Of a stretch of DNA of 64,000 bases, positions 8,668-16,301 are shown piece by piece. Made by a program: the position numbers and the translations under genes. Source of the stretch: Actinomycetaceae bacterium (GTDB taxonomy: Bacteria; Actinomycetota; Actinomycetes; Actinomycetales; Actinomycetaceae); NCBI GenBank assembly GCA_017539125.1, contig JAFYHO010000054.1, positions 12,171-76,170 on the forward strand, given 5' to 3'. The stretch's first letter is position 1. Every line of letters begins with the position of its first letter. The notes under the pieces were generated by a model. That model saw nothing but the letters and a program-made list of their open reading frames with translations. It ran no database searches and was not told the DNA's origin.

Positions 8668-9336
8668 TTATACCGAATACCCTTGCCCGCGATGGGTAAT
8701 GAGGAAGTCATTGACGCCGATTTTGGACAGGGAGCGCCGCAGCCGCGAAATGTTGATACTCAGGGTGTTGTCGTCAACGAACATCTCCGAGTCCCACAGC
8801 TCCGCCGCCAGTGCGCTGCGCTCGATGATTGCGCCCGCGTTTTTCATCAGGTAGCTCAGGATATGCCCCTCGTTATTGGGCAGTTTAATGCTTTTGCCGG
8901 TGTCGAGGACGGTCACAATATTTTGGACGGGGTCGAGGCTAACGCCACGGTATTCAATCGGCGCGGCAATCGTGTTGAAGCTGCGCCGCAGGACGGCGTC
9001 GATTCGGGCAAGGAGAATATTGGGCGAGTACGGTTTGGCAATGAAATCGTCCGCACCAAGCGACATGGTGAGCACTTCGTTCGTTTCGCTAGAGTTGGAG
9101 GTGAGGATGATGACGGGGACGGGTGAGTTGGCTCGGATTTCGCGGCAGATTGTTGTGCCGTCGGCACGAGGCAGGGAGAGGTCGAGTAGGACGAGTTGTA
9201 CGTCGGAGCGCAGGACTTCTTGTGCTGCGCGGGGGAAGTCGTTGATGATGACGGGGGTGTGGGCGTTGCGCGTCATAAGAGCGGCAAGTTCTTCGCAGAT
9301 TGCCTCGTCATCCTCGATGATTGCTATGCGTGCCAT
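8668..9336 (-). CDS. OmpR-family response regulator (BceR-like)
   Basis: Receiver domain MARIAIIEDDE...LVLLDLSLPRADG, and a winged-helix C-terminus ending ITHRGQGYSV. Confidence 0.9.
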   Translation of the reverse strand: MARIAIIEDDEAICEELAALMTRNAHTPVIINDFPRAAQEVLRSDVQLVLLDLSLPRADGTTICREIRANSPVPVIILTSNSSETNEVLTMSLGADDFIAKPYSPNILLARIDAVLRRSFNTIAAPIEYRGVSLDPVQNIVTVLDTGKSIKLPNNEGHILSYLMKNAGAIIERSALAAELWDSEMFVDDNTLSINISRLRRSLSKIGVNDFLITHRGQGYSV

Positions 9337-9384
9337 GCTCCTACCCTACTGCCCTCAAGTCTTTAAGGCAATGACGGGAGAGGG

Positions 9385-10614
9385 TTAGCCTTGGGGGCGC
9401 AGGGCAACCATCATCGCTTCAAGGGTCAGCAAGGGAGCACCATTGCCTGCCAGACGTTCGCGCGCCTGCCCGATTGCCTCGATACGCCGCACGCTCTGCT
9501 CCGGAGTGCTCTCAGCAGCAATACGCCGAATATCGCTCTCAAAGTCGATATTCATCAAATCGACCTCGCCGCCAAGCTGGACGATCAGCACATCGCGGTA
9601 GACCGAGAGCAAATCAATCATTACCCTGTCGAGACTGTCTCGGCTTTGGCGCTTTTGCCGCTTTTTCAGCTTCTCCTCGAAGTCGCGCACTTGCTTGCGC
9701 AGCGCCGAAGGTACATTCTGCCCCTCGGCAATCCCCAGCTGGCGCTTAAACTCCGCCAATTCGGGGTCGTCAGCATTTTTCTTGCCGCGAGATTGCTTCG
9801 TCGGAGAGGAGGTTGCCGCGTCGCTCGCGTCGCTCGCTCCTCGCAACGACGAAGGGGAATCAGCCTCGCGCTTGGTGGCATTGTCAAGAATCTCCATAAT
9901 ATTCGCCGCGGCGTAGACGGCATCGCCCACACCGCGCACACTCACCGCTTCGCGCACGACCTGCTGGCGGTCCTCCCACACGCCCGCGTCACGAACAAGC
10001 CCGCGAGCGCGCCCAATATGCGATTGCGCCGCGCGCGCTGCCACAAGTGCCTGCTGCGGGTCGACCCCTTGGCTGACCAGCAGCTGCGCCACGTCCTCTG
10101 CCGGCGGCACGACGAGCCCCACATGACGACAGCGCGAGCGAATCGTGGGGAGTACGTCGTCGAGGGAGGGGGTGCAGAGCATCCAGACGGTGAAAGCCGG
10201 CGGCTCTTCAATCGCCTTAAGCAAGACATTTGTGGTGCGCTCGCTCATGCGATCAGCATCTTCGACGATGATGATTCGGTAGCGTCCTGAACTGGGGCTT
10301 TCATAGGATTCGCCGACAAGCGCGCGCGTTTCTTCGACGGTAATCGTCACGCCCTCGGCGTTCATCAGGGTGAGGTCTGGGTGGTTGCCGGACATGACAG
10401 TGCGGCATTGGTGGCATTGCCCGCAGCCTGGGCTGTCGGTGGTTTCGCATTGCAAGGCAGCGGCGAGAGCGCGTGCTGCGAGGGAGCGCCCTGAGCCGGG
10501 CGGACCGGTGAAAAGCCATGCGTGGCTCATTGCTGCTGTTCCCCGCTCGCAGGCGGCGCGTTCGAGCTGGCGGCAGACCGCCGCCTGTCCGATGAGGGAA
10601 TCGAAAACGCTCAC
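9385..10614 (-). CDS. holB: DNA polymerase III subunit delta-prime
   Basis: AAA+ clamp-loader N-terminus HAWLFTGPPGSGRS, zinc module CGQCHQC, and SRC-type motif TIRSRC. It sits downstream of tmk and topA, as in many actinobacteria. Confidence 0.85.
   Translation of the reverse strand: MSVFDSLIGQAAVCRQLERAACERGTAAMSHAWLFTGPPGSGRSLAARALAAALQCETTDSPGCGQCHQCRTVMSGNHPDLTLMNAEGVTITVEETRALVGESYESPSSGRYRIIIVEDADRMSERTTNVLLKAIEEPPAFTVWMLCTPSLDDVLPTIRSRCRHVGLVVPPAEDVAQLLVSQGVDPQQALVAARAAQSHIGRARGLVRDAGVWEDRQQVVREAVSVRGVGDAVYAAANIMEILDNATKREADSPSSLRGASDASDAATSSPTKQSRGKKNADDPELAEFKRQLGIAEGQNVPSALRKQVRDFEEKLKKRQKRQSRDSLDRVMIDLLSVYRDVLIVQLGGEVDLMNIDFESDIRRIAAESTPEQSVRRIEAIGQARERLAGNGAPLLTLEAMMVALRPQG
9791..9851. 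repeat. half-unit of the palindromic repeat family embedded in frame inside holB
   Basis: The minus strand reads CGTCGTTGCGAGGAGCGAGCGACGCGAGCGACGCGGCAACCTCCTCTCCGACGAAGCAATC. It is translated as SSLRGASDASDAATSSPTKQS. Intergenic locus C gives SSLRGASATKQS in the same frame. Confidence 0.75.
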
Positions 10615-10698
10615 TCTGTTCCTCTGCTATTTCCTGTCGCCACTTTATGTACTTTACCAGTCACTGTGGACATTCTCTGTCCTTTCCCGTTGTCACAT

Positions 10699-10803
10699 TC
10701 CTCGTCGTTGCGAGGAGCGTCAGCGACGAAGCAATCTCAAAGGGCAATGGTGGAACTGGAGATTGCTTCGGTCGGACTTCGTCCTCCCTCGCAACGACGG
10801 GGG
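10699..10803. repeat. palindromic repeat family, locus C (minimal unit of about 100 bp between holB and tmk)
   Basis: CTCGTCGTTGCGAGGAGCGTCAGCGACGAAGCAATC - 24-nt spacer - GATTGCTTCGGTCGGACTTCGTCCTCCCTCGCAACGACGG. The two halves can fold into a long hairpin. Confidence 0.85.
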
Positions 10804-10806
10804 AGA

Positions 10807-11427
10807 CTAAGGCGCTAAAAGTTCGCGGACGTGCTCATGTATCTGTGCGCTGACCGTCTCGATATCCTCGCGCACATCAAGTACACGCCAACGCTGGGGG
10901 TCAGCTTCTGCCAAAGCGAGGAACTCTGCCCGGACAGCTTCATGGAATGCCATGCCAGCGCTTTCAATCCTGTCACTCTCCCCCACGAGCCGCTGCTGGG
11001 CAATATCGACTGGCAGGTCGAGCAGGAAGGTTAAATCGGGCAGTAGGTTCTCGGTCGCCCACAATGAAAGCTCGCGGACTTCCTCTTTGCCAAGGGCCCG
11101 CGCCGCACCCTGATAGGCAATGGAAGAATCGAGGTAGCGGTCGCAGAGGACGATTGCGCCGCGCTCAAGGGCCGGGCGAATAACGGTGGCGGCGTGGTGG
11201 GCGCGGTCGGCGGCATACAGGAGCGCTTCGGCTCGCGGGCTCACATCGCCGCCGTGTAAAAGAAGCTCACGAATCTGGGTGCCAAGCGGTGTTCCGCCTG
11301 GTTCACGGCTCACTACAACTTCGTGGCCTTGCGCGCGCAAGGAATCAGCGAGCAGGGATATGTGGGTGCTTTTGCCGACCCCGTCTCCGCCCTCAAAGGT
11401 GATAAAACGCCCGCCCATAGCCGTCAC
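10807..11427 (-). CDS. tmk: thymidylate kinase
   Basis: P-loop FITFEGGDGVGKST and the DRYLDSSIAYQG motif. It overlaps the topA stop by 4 nt. Confidence 0.9.
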   Translation of the reverse strand: MTAMGGRFITFEGGDGVGKSTHISLLADSLRAQGHEVVVSREPGGTPLGTQIRELLLHGGDVSPRAEALLYAADRAHHAATVIRPALERGAIVLCDRYLDSSIAYQGAARALGKEEVRELSLWATENLLPDLTFLLDLPVDIAQQRLVGESDRIESAGMAFHEAVRAEFLALAEADPQRWRVLDVREDIETVSAQIHEHVRELLAP

Positions 11428-14147
11428 TTCTTCGCTGTCTTTTTAGTTGTCGTCTTTTTAGTAGCGGTCTTTTTCGCGGTGCTCTTCTTTGCAGCAGTCT
11501 TTCGCGTCGTGCGCTTCTTCGCCGGGCCTTTCGCGCGACGGTCAGCGAGCAGCTCATAAGCACGCTCAGCGGTCAGCGTCTCCACTTCGTCACCTTTACG
11601 CAAAGACGCATTGGTCGTCCCGTCAGTCACGTAGGGGCCGAAACGTCCATCTTTTAGCACGACGGGTGCGCCGGTGGCAGGGTCGTTCCCAAATTCTTTC
11701 AAAGGAGCGGCAGACGAAGCCCGCCCGCGCCTGCCTTTCGGCTGAGCATACAAGGCCTCCGCCTCGGCGAGCGTCACCGTGAAAATTTGGTCCTCGCTGG
11801 TGAGCGAGCGCGTCTCCGGCTTAGCAGTCTCGCCCTCTTTTTCTTTTGTCAAATAGGGGCCGTAGCGTCCATTTTGCGCTTTAATCTCGTAGCCGTCGTC
11901 CGTCACACCCACAACTCGCGGCAGCTCGAAGAGGCGAAGTGCGTCCTGAAGCGTGACGGTATCGAGATTCATTGTTTTGAATAGGGACGCGGTGCGCGGC
12001 TTAGGCTGACGCTTAGAGGGCTTGCCCGTCTTTGTCAAAACCACTTCATCTTCGGGGATAATTTCGGTGAAGTAGGGGCCGTAGCGCCCCTCTTTGGCGA
12101 CAATCATGTGCCCGCTGTCAGGGTCGATACCGAGCTCTCTGTCTCCATTGGCGACCGCTTCGAGAATCTCGCGCGCCTTGGCCGCGGTGATTTCGTCGAG
12201 CGCGAGGCCTTGAGGAACTGAAGCACGCTGCCCGTCTTTGCCGTCAGCGCCTACTTCTTGGATGTAGGCGCCGTAGCGGCCGTTGCGCAAAACAAGCCCT
12301 TCGCCGAGGTCAATGGAGTTGATTTCGCGGGCATCCACATCGCCGAGGTTGTCGACTTTGCCCTCCAAGCCCTCTTGCTCACTCTCGCCTTTCCAGAAGC
12401 GGGTCAGGTAGGCGACGCGTTCGTCATCGCCCGAAGCGATACGGTCAAGGTCAGCTTCCATGAGAGCAGTGAAATCGTAATCGACCAGCTCAGGCAGGCC
12501 TTCTTCGAGTAGGCGCGTGACGGAGAATGCCAGCATGGTCGGCACAAGCGCCCCGGAGCGGCGCTCGGCGTAGTCGCGGTTGAGGACGGTCTGGATTGTT
12601 GCCGCATAGGTCGAGGGGCGGCCAATACCGAGCTCTTCCATTTTCTTCACGAGTGACGCGTCGTTGTAGCGCGGCGGTGGGGTGGTCGAATGGTCCTCAG
12701 CGCGCACATCGCTCACCTCGAGGCTATCTCCACGTGTCAGCGCGGGCAGGCGCGTTTCTTTGTCGCCCTTGCCGTTCTTTGCCGCCGACTGTTCATCGTC
12801 ACCGTCAAGCCCATAGACTTTGCGGAAACCGGCGAAAGTGATGACTGTGCCAGAGGCGGAGAACTCTGCCGTACCAACCTCGGGTACGCCGTCCACCAGC
12901 ACTTTGACCGTGGCGGTCTGGCCGAGGCAGTCGGTCATTTGCGAGGCGAGTGTGCGCTTCCAAATAAGCTCGTAAAGGCGGTATTGCGAATCGTTCAGCT
13001 CGCCGCGCACGTCTTTTGGCGCGCGGAATGTGTCGCCAGCTGGGCGGATTGCCTCGTGGGCTTCTTGGGCGCCCTTTGATTTGTTCGCGTAAAAGTTGGG
13101 TTTGTCGGGCACGTACTGCTCGCCGTACATTGTCGCGATTTGGCTGCGTGCTGCACTGATTGCCTGGGCCGACAAGGCGACGGAATCGGTACGCATATAG
13201 GTGATGTAGCCGTTTTCGTAGAGGTACTGGGCGGTGCGCATGGTATCGCGCGCGCTCATGCCGAGGGAGTGGGCCGCCTGCTGGAGGGTGGAGGTTGTAA
13301 AAGGCGGGCCGGGGTGGCGCTTGTACGGCTTCGTCTCAACGCTTGTTACTTCGCCGTGTGCCCCAGCAGTGTAGTCGGCAATGAGCTTGGCAGTCGCGGC
13401 GTCCAAATGGGTGACGTTTTTCTTCGCCAACTCGCCTTTATCGTTGAAGTCTTTGCCTGTGGCGATACGAGTACCGTCAACTGCTACCAGCTTGGCGTCA
13501 AATTCTTCACCGGCTTTATCGAAGGTCGCGCTGACGTCAGCATACGAAGCGGCAATAAACGCCATGCGTTCACGTTCACGGTCAACGAGCAGGCGTGTGG
13601 CTGCGGACTGTACGCGCCCTGCGGATGTGCCCGTGGCAATTTTGCGCCACAGGAGCGGGGAGATTTTGTATCCAACGAGGCGGTCGAGGATTCGGCGGGA
13701 TTCTTGTGCGTCGACGAGTTTGGTGTCGAGGTCGCGCGGGTGAGCGAGGGCTTCTTCGATTGCGCTTTTGGTGATTTCGTGGAAAACCATACGTTTGACG
13801 GGCACTTTTGGCTTGAGTACTTCAAGGAGGTGCCATGCGATTGCTTCACCTTCGCGGTCCTCGTCCGTTGCGAGGAGGAGTTCGTCGGCGTTTTTCAGTG
13901 CGGCTTTGAGCTCGCGGACAGTTTTGTTCTTGCCCTCGGAAATTACATAGTAGGGCTCGAAACCTGAATCAATATCGACGGCGAATTGGGAGTAGGCGCC
14001 GCCTTTCATGGAGGCGGGCAGCTTGGAGGGCTGAGGGAGGTCACGGATATGTCCAACAGACGCTAAAACATCGTAGTCGTCGCCAAGAAAGCGGCTAATC
14101 GTGCGCGCCTTAGCGGGAGACTCTACAATCACAAGCTTGGACACCAT
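11424..14147 (-). CDS. topA: DNA topoisomerase I
   Basis: 907 aa. Toprim start LVIVESPAKARTISRFLG, active-site Tyr region GYITYMRTDS, and a lysine-rich tail AKKRTTRKTAAKKSTAKKTATKKTTTKKTAKK. Confidence 0.95.
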   Translation of the reverse strand: MVSKLVIVESPAKARTISRFLGDDYDVLASVGHIRDLPQPSKLPASMKGGAYSQFAVDIDSGFEPYYVISEGKNKTVRELKAALKNADELLLATDEDREGEAIAWHLLEVLKPKVPVKRMVFHEITKSAIEEALAHPRDLDTKLVDAQESRRILDRLVGYKISPLLWRKIATGTSAGRVQSAATRLLVDRERERMAFIAASYADVSATFDKAGEEFDAKLVAVDGTRIATGKDFNDKGELAKKNVTHLDAATAKLIADYTAGAHGEVTSVETKPYKRHPGPPFTTSTLQQAAHSLGMSARDTMRTAQYLYENGYITYMRTDSVALSAQAISAARSQIATMYGEQYVPDKPNFYANKSKGAQEAHEAIRPAGDTFRAPKDVRGELNDSQYRLYELIWKRTLASQMTDCLGQTATVKVLVDGVPEVGTAEFSASGTVITFAGFRKVYGLDGDDEQSAAKNGKGDKETRLPALTRGDSLEVSDVRAEDHSTTPPPRYNDASLVKKMEELGIGRPSTYAATIQTVLNRDYAERRSGALVPTMLAFSVTRLLEEGLPELVDYDFTALMEADLDRIASGDDERVAYLTRFWKGESEQEGLEGKVDNLGDVDAREINSIDLGEGLVLRNGRYGAYIQEVGADGKDGQRASVPQGLALDEITAAKAREILEAVANGDRELGIDPDSGHMIVAKEGRYGPYFTEIIPEDEVVLTKTGKPSKRQPKPRTASLFKTMNLDTVTLQDALRLFELPRVVGVTDDGYEIKAQNGRYGPYLTKEKEGETAKPETRSLTSEDQIFTVTLAEAEALYAQPKGRRGRASSAAPLKEFGNDPATGAPVVLKDGRFGPYVTDGTTNASLRKGDEVETLTAERAYELLADRRAKGPAKKRTTRKTAAKKSTAKKTATKKTTTKKTAKK

Positions 14148-14478
14148 ATCCTCCTACACCTTATATATATGTGTCACCTATTCAGCTACAGAAAATTGCC
14201 GAGCGCAACTTTTTCGGAAAATATCACTATGGGACACCTTAGCGCACATAACAGACATTTGTGCAAACCTTTCCCTCCTTAGCGGTCAAAGCTCACTCCC
14301 ATCCCCTGCCCCCAGCACCACACACTACTTGCAAACATCACCCCACCACACACGCCCGTCACCAGCGAGCACTATCTGAATCCTTGTCTTTCATTTGTGT
14401 AAGATGTGAGCGTACGTGCCGCTATAGACACTAGAGTGAAAACGTCATCTCAATCCCTCACCTCACAGGAGAGTTCGC

Positions 14479-16137
14479 ATGGATACGCCAGTTGAGTCCA
14501 CTACCGATAGCGATGTGAAACCTACATTGCCGTCATATATTCTTCGTTTCTTCACGCACTACGTTTTGTTTTTTTTCATCCTGTCTATTATCTCTTTACT
14601 CCTCGTCGCTTTTACTTTATCCCTGTTTGAGGAGATCGTAAACAAAGTATCAGATGAGGTTATTTTGTCTATCGGACTACCGCTGGCAGTGTTCGCTTAT
14701 ATTTTCCTCATACATCTCATCACTCGTAATAGGCGTTTTCTTCGTTTTAAGCGCAGCGACGCAATCATGTATAGCGCTATTTTTGTTCTTTTTACTGTTA
14801 CTGATCTTATCGTTATTGCTTTCACGGATGGTCTGACCATTGGTGGGCCGCCCACTACAGTTCTTCTGATTTTCGCTTTCCCGTTCTTCCCTTTTATTTT
14901 CCTTTATTTGTTTGCGGGAATGGCGTTACATCTGCATTTGGTGATACTTTCTATTCTTTTCTTCATCTCAGTTTTTGCTTGGATTGTGACGCGCAATGAA
15001 ACAGCCGCCGCAAAAGAGCGCGTCGAGAAGGTGGACGCAAGCGCGGCGCAACCACTTGTGAGAAGAAAATCTGTGCTTGTAAAGCCTCTTTCTGCGCTTA
15101 CCGTCGTCGCTCTTGTGGGGGCTGGCGGCCTCGTGTGGGGGTATATGACCAATCCGGCCCATAAATATAAAGGTCATGATTTTGAGTATATGAATGGCTA
15201 TTCGAGTACTGATTTTACTGATTACACTCCGTATGCTGACCCGTCGAAGCTCGTCATGCTTGACCATAAGCCTTCGCTTGTTATCGATGACGAGGAGGAT
15301 ATGCCTGTGCTTGACGGCGCGGAGGCCTGTTACCCGTTGTATTCTTCGGTCGCGAAAAATGTGTATACAAATATCGCCGAGATTGAGCGGGAAGCTACCG
15401 ACATCGAAAACGGTGACTACGGAAGCTACCACACCAATGGAAAAATTGTCTCTTTTACTAATAGCTCTGTGGGCTATCAGCGCCTGCTGGACGGGGAGGT
15501 AGACATATTCTTCGGTGCGAAGCCATCCGAAAATATGGTTCAAAAGGCAAAAAAAGAGGGCAAAGAGTTCCGCATGACGCCTATCGGGCATGAGGGTTTT
15601 GTGTTTTTTGTCGAGAAGAATAATCCTGTCGATAATCTTACTAGTGAGCAAGTGAAAGCTATCTATTCTGGTGAGATTACGAATTGGAAAGAGGTTGGCG
15701 GACCCTACCGGAAAATTCTTGCTTTCCAGCGCCCCAATGAGTCTGGCTCGCAGATTATGATGAAGCACTATATGGGCGATGTGCCTTTGAAAGAACCTGT
15801 GACGTATGAAACCGTTGGTGGTATGGGTGACGTTATCGATATTGTTGCAGAGTATGGGCATGACAAGGGCGCGATTGGTTACACTTTCCGTTATTTCCTT
15901 GAGGGCTTGCATCAAGAAGATGGTGTCAAAATGCTTTCTATTGACGGGGTGTATCCGTCAGTCGAGAACATTTCTAATGGCACGTATCCCCTTGTTGCCG
16001 ATGTGTACGCTGTCACCCTCGAATCGAATGACGACCCCAATGTACAGGCAATGCTCGATTTCCTCGTCTCGCCTGACGGCCAAGAAATCGTCGAACGCTC
16101 CGGCTACGCTCCGCTTTCTCAACAGAAAAGCAAATAA
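14479..16137 (+). CDS. polytopic membrane domain fused to a PstS-like (phosphate-binding-protein fold) extracellular domain
   Basis: The first ~190 aa are strongly hydrophobic, with about 5-6 TM segments. The C-terminal ~300 aa read ...SFTNSSVGYQRLLDGEVDIFFGAKPS...LTSEQVKAIYSGEITNWKEVGG...AFQRPNESGSQ...GAIGYTFRYF...DGVYPSVENISNGTYPL, which is typical of the PstS / PBP-like-2 family. Confidence 0.7.
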   Translation: MDTPVESTTDSDVKPTLPSYILRFFTHYVLFFFILSIISLLLVAFTLSLFEEIVNKVSDEVILSIGLPLAVFAYIFLIHLITRNRRFLRFKRSDAIMYSAIFVLFTVTDLIVIAFTDGLTIGGPPTTVLLIFAFPFFPFIFLYLFAGMALHLHLVILSILFFISVFAWIVTRNETAAAKERVEKVDASAAQPLVRRKSVLVKPLSALTVVALVGAGGLVWGYMTNPAHKYKGHDFEYMNGYSSTDFTDYTPYADPSKLVMLDHKPSLVIDDEEDMPVLDGAEACYPLYSSVAKNVYTNIAEIEREATDIENGDYGSYHTNGKIVSFTNSSVGYQRLLDGEVDIFFGAKPSENMVQKAKKEGKEFRMTPIGHEGFVFFVEKNNPVDNLTSEQVKAIYSGEITNWKEVGGPYRKILAFQRPNESGSQIMMKHYMGDVPLKEPVTYETVGGMGDVIDIVAEYGHDKGAIGYTFRYFLEGLHQEDGVKMLSIDGVYPSVENISNGTYPLVADVYAVTLESNDDPNVQAMLDFLVSPDGQEIVERSGYAPLSQQKSK

Positions 16138-16242
16138 CTACGGCAGAATATAGCGTCCACCAGGTATTTTACGCACAAGCCATGTAAATCAGCTCATAGA
16201 TCTGGAGTTTTCTCCAGTTTCGTTTATCTCAATCCAAAAGAG

Positions 16243-16280
16243 ATCGGGCGCTGGAACTGCTAATCGTTCCAGCGCCCGAT
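16243..16280. terminator. bidirectional hairpin between convergent genes
   Basis: Perfect 15-bp stem ATCGGGCGCTGGAAC / GTTCCAGCGCCCGAT with an 8-nt loop. Confidence 0.7.
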
Positions 16281-16301
16281 TCAATCTATGTCTCTATGGG
16301 A

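Noticed and set aside
8275-9126. 283-aa plus-strand ORF, together with 9391-10290, 13140-13967, 38961-39566 and 48198-48995
   Set aside because: All lie antisense to well-supported genes (kinase/regulator, holB, topA, murT, yhgE). They have no SD, no recognisable motifs and an Arg/Gly/Val-rich shadow composition.
11323-11559. 78-aa hydrophobic plus-strand ORF (FFAVFLVVVFLVAVFF...)
   Set aside because: It is the antisense translation of the lysine-rich (AAG/AAA) tail of topA.
14968-15915. 315-aa minus-strand ORF
   Set aside because: It lies antisense to the PstS-like domain, which carries clear family motifs on the plus strand.
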